Below are positions 38,703 through 47,042 of a stretch of DNA of 64,000 nucleotides, piece after piece. The stretch lies in the NCBI GenBank assembly GCA_964538815.1, contig CAZIHL010000002.1, positions 570-64,569 on the forward strand, read 5' to 3'. Source of the stretch: an uncultured Candidatus Saccharibacteria bacterium. GTDB lineage: Bacteria > Patescibacteriota > Minisyncoccia > Phycocordibacterales > UBA5272. The notes under the pieces are model-generated. The model was given only the letters and a program-made list of their open reading frames with translations, did no database searches and had not been told where the DNA came from. The first letter of the stretch is position 1; the number at the start of each line of letters is the position of its first letter. Made by a program: the position numbers and the translations under genes.

Positions 38703-40193
38703 ATGAATATAGTTTTAATTTATACAATAATAGCTGCTATCGCTGGGATAGCTCTTGGCTACACAGGAAGGCATTATATTGCTCTTCTTCGCAAAAACTC
38801 AATTGAAAATGAACTAGAAGAGAAAGTACTAGAAGCTAAAAAAAATGCTAAAAAAATAGAAGAAGAAGCTTTAAAATTTTCAGAAGATATAAAACAAAGA
38901 TTAGACAAAACAGAAACAAGACTTGATAAAAAAGAAGATGAATTAGAATCTCGTGAAGAAGCTGTAAAGTTTGAAAAAGAGAAACTTTTAAATGCAGGAG
39001 AAGAATTAAAACAAATTAAAGAAAATTTAATTAAAAAAGAAAAGAGTATTGATTCGCAGCTTGAAAAAATAGCCGGATATTCTAAAGAAGAGGCAAGAAA
39101 TATTTTAATACAAAATATTGAAAGAGAATATGAAGAAGATTTTCGTTCTCGCCTTTTAAAACTTTCTCGTGATGGTGAACAAAAACTTGAAGAAAAAGCG
39201 AAAGAGATTTTAGCAACTATTATACACAGAATGGCAAATTCAAATATTACAGAATTTATGTCTAGTGTGGTAGAACTTTCTGACGATGAAATAAAAGGAA
39301 AAATAATTGGTAAAGAAGGAAGAAACATAAAAACTTTTGAAAGAGCAAGTGGTGTAGAAGTGTTGATAGATGAAATACCAAATGCTGTTGTAGTGTCATG
39401 TTTTGATCCAGTGCGTCGTGCTATAGCAGTAAATGCACTAGAAATGCTCATAAAAGATGGTAGAATCCAACCTGTAAAAATAGAAGAATTTTTAGAAAAA
39501 GCTAAAAAGGAGATCGGTACTTTTATAAGAAAGAAAGGTGAAGAGGCAGTTCTTGAGTGTGGGTTATTAAATATCCCAGATGAAATTATTCCAATTATTG
39601 GAAGACTGTATTTTAGAACAAGTTATGGGCAAAATGTTTTAGATCATTCAATTGAAATGACTCATATTGCAGGGATGCTTGCGGTAGAATTAGGAGCTAA
39701 TGTACAAGTCGCTAAAGCTGGAGCTTTATTACATGATATTGGAAAAGCTGTCGATCATGAAATTGAAGGGACACATGTAGAGATTGGTAGAAGAATTTTA
39801 ATGAAATACGGAGTAGATGAAAAAGTAATACTAGCAATGCAAGCACATCATGAAGAATATCCATATGAAACTATTGAATCTATTATTGTTCAAGTCGCCG
39901 ATGCTATTTCTGGAGGAAGGCCAGGCGCCAGAAGAGATTCTGTTGAAAATTATATTAAAAGGTTAAATGATCTTGAAAAAATAGCTATGAGTTTTATGGG
40001 TATTGAAAAGGTATATGCTCTTCAGGCAGGAAGAGAAGTTCGAGTATTTGTAGAACCAACTCAAATAAATGATTTGGATGCGTTAGCACTTGCTAGAAAT
40101 ATAGCTCTTCGTATAGAAACAGAAATAAAATATCCAGGAGAAATTAAAATCAATGTCATACGTGAAAGTAGAGTCATAGAATTTGCTAGGTAG
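38703..40193 (+). CDS. rny: Ribonuclease Y
   Basis: Start reassigned to MNIVLIY (N-terminal TM), coiled-coil, KH domain KGKIIGKEGRNIKTFERASGVEVLIDE, and HD domain LLHDIGKAVDHEIEGTHVEIG. Confidence 0.9.
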   Translation: MNIVLIYTIIAAIAGIALGYTGRHYIALLRKNSIENELEEKVLEAKKNAKKIEEEALKFSEDIKQRLDKTETRLDKKEDELESREEAVKFEKEKLLNAGEELKQIKENLIKKEKSIDSQLEKIAGYSKEEARNILIQNIEREYEEDFRSRLLKLSRDGEQKLEEKAKEILATIIHRMANSNITEFMSSVVELSDDEIKGKIIGKEGRNIKTFERASGVEVLIDEIPNAVVVSCFDPVRRAIAVNALEMLIKDGRIQPVKIEEFLEKAKKEIGTFIRKKGEEAVLECGLLNIPDEIIPIIGRLYFRTSYGQNVLDHSIEMTHIAGMLAVELGANVQVAKAGALLHDIGKAVDHEIEGTHVEIGRRILMKYGVDEKVILAMQAHHEEYPYETIESIIVQVADAISGGRPGARRDSVENYIKRLNDLEKIAMSFMGIEKVYALQAGREVRVFVEPTQINDLDALALARNIALRIETEIKYPGEIKINVIRESRVIEFAR

Positions 40194-40305
40194 ATTAAAG
40201 ATAAATAAATATAAATTGTCCTACGCCTCTGGTGTGGGCAATTTTAGTTAAGTCTATTTAACATTGTCCTTTTCACACACTTTATTTTCTGATATATTAT
40301 TAATA

Positions 40306-40866
40306 ATGAAAAATATTAATATAAGGGTATTTACAATATTATCTGTAGCAATAGTTGTGGGTACTTTTTCTTTTGCTACAGCTCAAACATCTACAGATGT
40401 TAAAACAAATTCAAAAGTTGAAATTTCTCTTCCAGTTGAGAAGGATGATTTTCTTTTATTTTATGGAGTTACTAATGATACACAAGTAAATGCAGAACTG
40501 TCAGATTTAAGAAAAGATTTTGTTGAAAAGTTTAATAATCTTAAAGATGAATATAAGAAATCTTTCAATACTATAGTCAATAATTCAGAATTAAAGCCGG
40601 GGGTACCAGAAGAAAAGTCTGGAGAAGTAAAACCAGTAACTGCCCAAGCCACTTTAAAAGCCTCAGTAAATTCTAAAGCAATGGTAGATTCAAAAGCTCT
40701 AAAAGAGTCTGCTACTAGTGTAACTAACACAATTAAGAAATATGTTATAGAAGATACTAAAAATGTGGTGATAACTCCTATTGTAAATATTGTAAACGAT
40801 AAAGCCGCAGTAAAAACAGAAGCTAGCTCTTGGTTTCAAAAAATAAAATCTTGGTTTGGTTGGTAA
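40306..40866 (+). CDS. Secreted hypothetical protein
   Basis: Start at MKNINIRVFTILSVAIVVGTFSFATAQTS (signal peptide). Confidence 0.45.
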   Translation: MKNINIRVFTILSVAIVVGTFSFATAQTSTDVKTNSKVEISLPVEKDDFLLFYGVTNDTQVNAELSDLRKDFVEKFNNLKDEYKKSFNTIVNNSELKPGVPEEKSGEVKPVTAQATLKASVNSKAMVDSKALKESATSVTNTIKKYVIEDTKNVVITPIVNIVNDKAAVKTEASSWFQKIKSWFGW

Positions 40867-41144
40867 AAAAATTCTTCTTATTAAGAAGAATTTTAGTTTT
40901 TTCTATATTTTTATTCCTACTTCTTCATTGTTTTTTATAATAAGGTCTATAGGTATAGAACTTATTATAATAGTCAGTAAAAATAATAAAGGACTAAGCA
41001 TTATTCCTGCCAATATCCATAAAATAATTTTTATTTTCATTTTTTATTTTTTTTAATTAAAAAGAAGAATATCTATTTATTTTATAGCATAATATTTTTA
41101 TATTATGCAAGTTTTTGGTTAAAATTAATGTTGAAATATAATTT

Positions 41145-41176
41145 AAAGAGCAGCACCGAAGGTGCTGCTCTTTAAA
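41145..41176. terminator. Terminator hairpin (CCGAAGG-apex family) just 3' of tRNA-Pro
   Basis: aaagagcagcaccgaaggtgctgctcttt. Confidence 0.55.
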
Positions 41177-41190
41177 TTATATAAACTTTT

Positions 41191-41263
41191 GTCGGAGTGC
41201 CGGGATTCGAACCCGGAGTCGCTGGTACCCAAAACCAGAATGTTAGCCGTTACACCACACTCC
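41191..41263 (-). tRNA. tRNA-Pro (anticodon UGG), no encoded CCA
   Basis: rc is CGGAGTG-TG-GTGTAACGGCTAACA-TTCTGGT-TTTGGGT-ACCAGCGAC-TCCGGGTTCGAATCCCGG-CACTCCG-A. Acceptor, D, anticodon (loop UUUGGGU) and T arms fold canonically. Confidence 0.85.
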
Positions 41264-41410
41264 GTTATTCAATTTTATTTTTAACTTTTGAGTATAGTCC
41301 AGCGACTCGTTGTCTAACTCATATTGCAAATCAGTTAGATGTTAAGCTGCTACACTGCACTCTATTATTTCTTTTTAGCAAAGATATTTTATCATAAATT
41401 AAAAAATAAA

Positions 41411-41447
41411 TACAGGGCGGCGCCGAAGGCACCGCCCTGTATTTATT
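41411..41447. terminator. Terminator hairpin (CCGAAGG-apex family) after the 373-aa membrane protein gene
   Basis: tacagggcggcgccgaaggcaccgccctgta followed by atttatttt. Confidence 0.6.
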
Positions 41448-42569
41448 TTAATAAACCATTATATTCTGCAATCCTACAAGTCTTCCATCTGCAAGCACTC
41501 TGACTCTCCACTCCCCTTTCGAAATATTACTAATTTGTGTGTATCCTCTATAGCCCTCTTCTCTACCCCCAGAAATAGGATAACCTATTTCAGCTTCTTT
41601 TATCCAAATTTTTCTCTCAGCATCATACTTTTCCCAGACATGGGTAATATCTGCCGATACATTTGCTGGTGAAATTATACTTGAGTAAAAATACATCTCC
41701 CCTCCATTTATTTCTTTAAGTGTTAGTAAATCATAATGATCTTTATTTAAGATAAAAAATTTTTTATCTTGTACCAGCCCTCTATCTTCCCTATTATAAG
41801 TATATCCACCACCAACATCTATCTTTTCAACTTTTGTATAAAATCCAGAATCCCCTAATGCTAGAGGCACTGCTGGGATATAGTTTATAAAATAAAGTCT
41901 AAGCATTAAAAACGGAAAGAATATAGAAAATATTATAAGAAATATAAAATCTCTACTAGATAAATATATTCTTTGCAATAAAACTGTGAGTATAGAAGTT
42001 AAAATAACAGCAATTAAAATAGAAACAAAAAAAGTATAAGTATTAACTTTATTTACTACAATAGGCACATTAAAGATTATGTAAAAAGTTAATCCTATAT
42101 AAAATAGAATCAAATCAGGAACTCTTCCATACATAAATTCATTCAGAATGATAGCAATAAGAATAATTAAAAATATTGGCCACATTTGAATAACATCAGA
42201 GCTTCTAAAATAATAGACTAAAGTATTGGATAAAAGCGTTCCCAAGAAAAATGAAACCCAGAATGTTGCCCAGCGAGTAGCTTTTTCTATCCTTTTATAA
42301 CCTTTTGTTTTTAAATCATCAAAAGTTTTCTTTTCCTCTGTTTCTTGTGAAACTTTTAATTCTTTCTTTATTTTCTTTGTACGTTTTATCAGATTCCCCT
42401 GTACTGCCTGTCTTGCAAAAATGAAAATTAAAATAACAGTAATATTAATTGGTCCTACCCATATATAATACGGAGATGTGGTTTTTGGTAAAATTAATAT
42501 ATCTGTAATAAAACCAGTAAAAAAAGAAATAGTTTTAAAATGTTTTATACAAAATTTAACGAAAGACAT
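41448..42569 (-). CDS. Polytopic membrane protein with C-terminal soluble domain, unknown function
   Basis: At least 7 hydrophobic helices, then a ~130-aa C-terminal domain. Confidence 0.5.
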   Translation of the reverse strand: MSFVKFCIKHFKTISFFTGFITDILILPKTTSPYYIWVGPINITVILIFIFARQAVQGNLIKRTKKIKKELKVSQETEEKKTFDDLKTKGYKRIEKATRWATFWVSFFLGTLLSNTLVYYFRSSDVIQMWPIFLIILIAIILNEFMYGRVPDLILFYIGLTFYIIFNVPIVVNKVNTYTFFVSILIAVILTSILTVLLQRIYLSSRDFIFLIIFSIFFPFLMLRLYFINYIPAVPLALGDSGFYTKVEKIDVGGGYTYNREDRGLVQDKKFFILNKDHYDLLTLKEINGGEMYFYSSIISPANVSADITHVWEKYDAERKIWIKEAEIGYPISGGREEGYRGYTQISNISKGEWRVRVLADGRLVGLQNIMVY

Positions 42570-42589
42570 AATTATTTATAATAATTATA

Positions 42590-43012
42590 TTACAAAATAA
42601 AGTCTTTATACATTTTTATCTTCGCTTGCTGTGAATTTGTTTCTATAAAAACTATTACGGCGATAACTTTTATATCTATATCACTTTCTTTTATTTTTCT
42701 ATAAGACAGATAATGTTTTATGGCCTTTAAAAGTCTTTGTCGTTTAGAGGTGGTTAAATTGTTTTCAGGAGAGAAAGGGTTGTCTTTTATTTCTTCAAAG
42801 TTTTTAATTTTTTTAGTTTTTACTTCAATAAAAGCTAGATTTCTTAGTTTCACATGAAATTTTTTTATGTCTTTTATCTTTTGGGTCGCAATAATATCTA
42901 TTTCCCCTCCTTTCATGTGAAAATTTCTTTCAATAATATCAAAATCTTTAGAAATAAGATATTTCACAGCAATATTTTCACCCAATTTTCCTATTTCATT
43001 ATGTTCTGCCAT
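42590..43012 (-). CDS. yraN: YraN/UPF0102 family endonuclease-like protein
   Basis: GKLGENIAVKYL...NFHMKGGEIDIIA...FIEVKTKK matches the YraN pattern (GE..A..YL, GEIDLIA, FVEVKTR). Confidence 0.6.
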   Translation of the reverse strand: MAEHNEIGKLGENIAVKYLISKDFDIIERNFHMKGGEIDIIATQKIKDIKKFHVKLRNLAFIEVKTKKIKNFEEIKDNPFSPENNLTTSKRQRLLKAIKHYLSYRKIKESDIDIKVIAVIVFIETNSQQAKIKMYKDFIL

Positions 43013-43039
43013 TATACTTTATATTTTAGCACTATTTTA

Positions 43040-43400
43040 GAATTAATTGTCTTATTTCACAAGAAACAATATAAATACACTATATTTCATTTTTTGTTAA
43101 GTAAAAAATATCACATTTTATGTTAAGAATCATTTCATATAAAATAATGAAATACAAATATTTTATTAACACTTCATTACATTTTTCAACTAGGTTTATT
43201 ATCATATATTTCATATGAAACTTTAGAATATTATGAAATACTCATTTCACACGAAACAAACTCAAGTATGCTTGGAGAAAGCATATAAAAAATAAGTATT
43301 TCACATGAAAACCTTAATGTATTTCTTTTGGGTTTTTTGATTTATATTTTAATAAAACATAAGAGATTAAATTAGTTTCACGTGAAACAATTATATAGAT
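43040..43400. promoter_or_regulatory. Array of at least 6 palindromic TTTCAC-N(1-3)-GTGAAA-like sites in a 650-bp AT-rich spacer at a gene-strand switch (candidate operator array or origin-associated repeats)
   Basis: atttcacaagaaac (43052), tttcatatgaaact (43209), tgaaatactcatttca and atttcacacgaaac (43235-43258), tatttcacatgaaaac (43297), and the perfect palindrome gtttcacgtgaaac (43375). One more copy at 44686 (rc atttcacaagaaacg). Confidence 0.55.
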
Positions 43401-43439
43401 TACTGGTATAATTCGAGACAAATAGATATAAAAGACAAA

Positions 43440-43640
43440 AAAGCTTGAAAATAAAGGACTTTTTAAAGGACAAGTATTATATGTCTTTTTATGCTTGTCT
43501 TTTTAAATGTCGTTTATACACATATGCACTGATTTATCCACCATTTTTGACAAAAGGACAAAATATCTCACAAAAAAGACAGTATTTAATGTCTTTTTGA
43601 TAATATATAAAATATATGTCTTTGACGGTATTATAAATCT
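43440..43640. repeat. Degenerate copy of the dispersed intergenic repeat family (AAGGACA modules, AAATGTCGTTTATA, DnaA-box-like TTATCCACC)
   Basis: aaatgtcgtttata (43506) is identical to the module in the 115-bp repeats. Also gatttatccacca, and multiple aaaggaca/tgtcttt copies. Confidence 0.5.
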
Positions 43641-43659
43641 AATATGATAAAATACTTTT

Positions 43660-44346
43660 ATGACCAAAGGGGAGAAAGAAATAAATATAAATGAAGAATG
43701 GAAGCTTGTTTTACAAGAGTTTTTTGCTACAGAAGACTGGAAAAGTCTCTCAGAGTTTATAAAGAAAGAATATTTAGATAAAAATAAAACAATATTTCCA
43801 TCATCAGAAGATATTTTTAAAGCTTTTGATTTAACACCATTTTCACGTGTAAAGGTTGTGATATTAGGACAAGATCCATATCATGATAAAGGACAAGCTC
43901 ACGGACTTTCTTTTTCTGTCCCTGATAACACTCCTTTACCTCCATCTTTAAAAAATATTTATAAAGAAATAGAAGAGGATTTAGGTATAAAAAAAGATTT
44001 CACAAAGGGGAGTCTAGAAAGTTGGGCAAAGCAAGGAGTCTTTCTTTTAAATACTATTTTGACTGTCATAGCTCATACTCCAGCAAGTCATAGAAATAAA
44101 GGTTGGGAGAAATTTACAGATTATATTATTAAAACTCTTTCTGATAAAGGACAAAATATGGTCTTTATGCTTTGGGGTAATTATGCTCGTTCCAAAAGGA
44201 CATTAATAGACGATAAAAGACATTTAATACTCGAATCAGTCCACCCATCACCATTCTCTGCAAATAATGGCTTTTTTGGCTCTAAACATTTTTCTAAAGC
44301 GAATAAATATTTAAAAGAACATAGGAAAGGGGAAATAGACTGGTAA
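43660..44346 (+). CDS. ung: Uracil-DNA glycosylase (family 1)
   Basis: KVVILGQDPYHDKGQAHGLSFSV and HPSP motifs. Confidence 0.9.
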   Translation: MTKGEKEININEEWKLVLQEFFATEDWKSLSEFIKKEYLDKNKTIFPSSEDIFKAFDLTPFSRVKVVILGQDPYHDKGQAHGLSFSVPDNTPLPPSLKNIYKEIEEDLGIKKDFTKGSLESWAKQGVFLLNTILTVIAHTPASHRNKGWEKFTDYIIKTLSDKGQNMVFMLWGNYARSKRTLIDDKRHLILESVHPSPFSANNGFFGSKHFSKANKYLKEHRKGEIDW

Positions 44347-44350
44347 ATTA

Positions 44351-44376
44351 TTATTTTGTGCGGCGTAGGAGAATCG
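44351..44376. repeat. Direct repeat of the tRNA-Gly(GCC) 3' end (partner copy at 44526-44551)
   Basis: ttattttgtgcggcgtaggagaatcg at 44351 versus ttatttttgtgcggcgtaggagaatcg at 44526. Degenerate tRNA-like fragments (gctcagttcgattcttc) lie between. Confidence 0.6.
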
Positions 44377-44534
44377 GTCACCAAACATAGTCGCTTTGCT
44401 CCTTGTTTCGCGACCCCGGCTTCGCTGTCTCAAAAATTTTTACAAATTTTTGGCTTCGCAGACAGCTCAGTTCGATTCTTCTACTTGCCAAAAATATATT
44501 CCAAAAATCTTTCAGCTTTTTCTCATTATTTTTG

Positions 44535-44605
44535 TGCGGCGTAGGAGAATCGAACTCCTGTCTCATCCTTGGCAAGGACGTGTTCTACCACTAAACCAAC
44601 ACCGC
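44535..44605 (-). tRNA. tRNA-Gly (anticodon GCC), no encoded CCA
   Basis: rc is GCGGTGT-TG-GTTTAGTGGTAGAACA-CGTCC-TTGCCAA-GGATG-AGAC-AGGAGTTCGATTCTCCT-ACGCCGC-A. Confidence 0.85.
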
Positions 44606-44724
44606 ATTTATACAAATAAATATATCATAAAAATCTTTTTTAGGAAAATTAATCCTTATTATTTTTCATGTAAAATATAAAAGTCGTTTCTTGTGAAATG
44701 ATTTTAAGTTTGGTAAAATATAAA

Positions 44725-45012
44725 CCTCTTCCTCAAATGATCGCGATTTCTAACTTATTTTAGGAATTGAGGAAAGTCGGAACACATACTTCTTTATAGT
44801 TAAAATGGTAGTGGGTAACACCCATCCGCCGTGAGGCGCGAGTTGCGAACAGAGACGAGCCGGTTTAGTCCGGTTGAAACGGCTAAATACTTACCTATGT
44901 GCAAGGTCGTGCTTTGATTCATTTCAAAGAGTGCCGCTTGAGGTGAAAGGAAACTTTTATCCCAGATAAATGATCATATAAACAGAATTCCGCTTATGAT
45001 GAAGAGATAAGA
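44725..45012 (+). ncRNA. rnpB: RNase P RNA (bacterial, reduced); boundaries approximate to about 20 nt
   Basis: P4 5' strand GAGGAAAGUCGGAAC, GGGUAACACCCAUC, ACAGAGACGAGCC, GGUUGAAACGGCUAAA (GNRA-rich module), AGAGUGCCGCUUGAGG, and P4 3' strand ACAGAAUUCCGCUUAU. These match conserved RNase P RNA elements. Confidence 0.75.
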
Positions 45013-45013
45013 A

Positions 45014-45052
45014 AAACTACTCGTAAGACGAGTAGTTTTTCTTTTTTGAAAA
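45014..45052 (+). terminator. Rho-independent terminator after rnpB
   Basis: aaaaactactcgtaagacgagtagtttttctttttt. Confidence 0.65.
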
Positions 45053-45083
45053 TTTTTAAAAATGTGATAGAATGCTTTTGTTC

Positions 45084-45154
45084 GCGGTGTTGGTTTAGTG
45101 GTAGAATACCTGCCTTCCAAGCAGGGGACAAGGGTTCGATTCCCTTACGCCGCA
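45084..45154 (+). tRNA. tRNA-Gly (anticodon UCC), no encoded CCA
   Basis: GCGGTGT-TG-GTTTAGTGGTAGAATA-CCTGC-CTTCCAA-GCAGG-GGAC-AAGGGTTCGATTCCCTT-ACGCCGC-A. Confidence 0.85.
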
Positions 45155-45222
45155 CAAGATGATAAGAGAAATTTTAAAGTTCTTAATTCTAGTTTTATAA
45201 AAATGTTATTATAGTATTGTAA

Positions 45223-45294
45223 GCCTTCGTGGTGAAATGGATATCACAGCGGTCTTCGGAACCGTTATTCTGGGTTCGAGTCCTGGCGGAGGCA
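45223..45294 (+). tRNA. tRNA-Arg (anticodon UCG), no encoded CCA
   Basis: GCCTTCG-TG-GTGAAATGGATATCAC-A-GCGGT-CTTCGGA-ACCGT-TATT-CTGGGTTCGAGTCCTGG-CGGAGGC-A. The T-stem has two G-U pairs. Confidence 0.7.
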
Positions 45295-45340
45295 CAAAAG
45301 ATCTAATTATATTATTTCAATAATTGAAATCTAAAAAATA

Positions 45341-46846
45341 ATGACTACAAAAATAGAAAATAGAATAAACAAAACAAAGATCCTAAAAGATATAATCTGG
45401 GTGTGTAGTGAATTGTCAAAAAATAATTTTGATAGTTATCTTGTGGGTGGATGTGTACGCGATTTGATTTTAGGAAGAGAGCCAAAAGACTATGATATTA
45501 CAACGAATGCAACCCCCGAAGAAATTATTAAAATTTTTGGTGGAGAAAAAGGAGAAGATACTGTATATTCCAATAGTTTTGGAACTGTAGGAATAAAAAT
45601 TAGAGATGAAGAAAGTGATGAAGTAGAAATTATAGAAGTTACTACATATAGAAAAGAAGGTGAGTACGAAGACTTTCGCAGACCAAGTAAAATAGAATGG
45701 GGAAAAAGTATTGAGGAAGATCTTGAAAGAAGAGATTTTAGAATGAACGCAATAGCTTTTGACCCTATTAAAAATATTGTAGTAGATATTTTTGATGGAG
45801 AAAAAGATATTCAAAATAAAATTATAAATTGCGTTGGTAATCCTGAAGAAAGATTTAATGAAGACGCGCTTCGAATGTTGCGTGCCGTTAGATTTTCAGC
45901 ACAGCTTGATTTTGTAATTGGAGGAGAAACTTTTAATGCAATATTTAAGCTTGGTGAAAATCTTAGTAAGATTTCAAAAGAAAGAATAAGAGATGAGTTT
46001 ATAAAAATAATAATGAGTCCGAATGCAATGCAGGCGATTATTATTTTACACAAATTAAATATTTTAAAATATATTTCTCCTGAGCTAGAGGTGTCTGTTG
46101 GTGTTAGTCAAAATGGGCATCACGCTTATGATGTGTTTGAGCATCTATTGCGATCACTTAATCATGCAGTGGAGAAAAATTATGATCTTGAGACAAGACT
46201 CGCTGCATTATTTCACGATATTGGAAAGCCAAAAACAAGAAGATTTGATAATAAGAAAAATGACTATACCTTTTATAATCATGAAGTAGTAGGCGAGAGG
46301 ATGGTGAAGAATATTTTAGAAAACTTAAAATTTAAAAAAGAAATAATTGAAAAAGTTGAAAGACTTGTAAGATGGCATATGTTTTTCTCGGATACTGAAG
46401 AAATTACATTAGCATCTGTGCGAAGACTAATTGTGCGAGTCGGCAAAGAAAATATTTGGGATTTGGTGAATGTAAGAATTTGTGACAGGATAGGATCTGG
46501 GACAAAAAAAGAAGAACCGTATCGCTTGCGAAAATTTGAAAGTATGATTGATGAGGCGCTACGTGATCCAGTCTCACTTAAAACTTTAAAAATAAATGGA
46601 GAAGTGATAATGAAAGAGTTAAGCATAAAACCTAGTAAAAAAGTGGGATTAATTTTGAATGCTCTTTTTGAAGAAGTAATAGATGATACAGGAAAAAATA
46701 ATGAGGATTATCTAGTAAAGAGAGCAAAAGAATTAAATAATTTAGAAGAAAAAGAATTGATAGAGCTCGCAGAAAAAGGAAAAGAAAAAATGGAAGAGAA
46801 AAATGAGGAGAAATTGGAAGAGATAAAAAAGAAGTTTAAAGTTTAA
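45341..46846 (+). CDS. cca: CCA-adding tRNA nucleotidyltransferase (with HD domain)
   Basis: Head domain VGGCVRDLILGREPKDYDITT, RxxRxxxF (LRMLRAVRFSAQL), and HD motif FHDIGKPKT. All tRNAs in the window lack an encoded CCA. Confidence 0.8.
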   Translation: MTTKIENRINKTKILKDIIWVCSELSKNNFDSYLVGGCVRDLILGREPKDYDITTNATPEEIIKIFGGEKGEDTVYSNSFGTVGIKIRDEESDEVEIIEVTTYRKEGEYEDFRRPSKIEWGKSIEEDLERRDFRMNAIAFDPIKNIVVDIFDGEKDIQNKIINCVGNPEERFNEDALRMLRAVRFSAQLDFVIGGETFNAIFKLGENLSKISKERIRDEFIKIIMSPNAMQAIIILHKLNILKYISPELEVSVGVSQNGHHAYDVFEHLLRSLNHAVEKNYDLETRLAALFHDIGKPKTRRFDNKKNDYTFYNHEVVGERMVKNILENLKFKKEIIEKVERLVRWHMFFSDTEEITLASVRRLIVRVGKENIWDLVNVRICDRIGSGTKKEEPYRLRKFESMIDEALRDPVSLKTLKINGEVIMKELSIKPSKKVGLILNALFEEVIDDTGKNNEDYLVKRAKELNNLEEKELIELAEKGKEKMEEKNEEKLEEIKKKFKV

Positions 46847-46850
46847 AAAC

Positions 46851-46889
46851 AAAATGCCCCGCGCCGAAGGCGCGGGGCATTTTGTTTTT
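46851..46889 (+). terminator. Rho-independent terminator after cca (CCGAAGG-apex family)
   Basis: aaaatgccccgcgccgaaggcgcggggcattttgttttt. Confidence 0.7.
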
Positions 46890-47042
46890 CATTTTATAAA
46901 TTTTAAAAATAAAAAAGGCCACCGCATTGCTGCTGGCGACCCTTACTAACCCATTAAATTCTAATATAATTTAGCACACATTAAACATATTTGCAAGCTT
47001 TGTTAAATTAATGTTAATACTGGTATAATCATTATTACGATT

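Noticed and set aside
38774-39451. 225-aa minus-strand ORF
   Set aside because: Antisense inside rny. The Ser/Phe-rich translation is an artefact of the Glu/Lys-rich sense strand.
43040-43400. CRISPR array as the explanation for the repeated palindromes
   Set aside because: The repeats are short (12-14 bp), irregularly spaced and in mixed orientation. No cas genes are nearby. They are more consistent with operator or origin repeats.
44356-44680. Small ORFs overlapping the tRNA-Gly/remnant region (44356..44544, 44378..44575, 44396..44680, 44403..44594)
   Set aside because: They overlap tRNA genes and the att-like repeat. No coding signal.
46917-46945. Second terminator-like GC patch after cca (ggccaccgcattgctgctggcgaccc)
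   Set aside because: It does not form a clean hairpin and lacks a T-tract.
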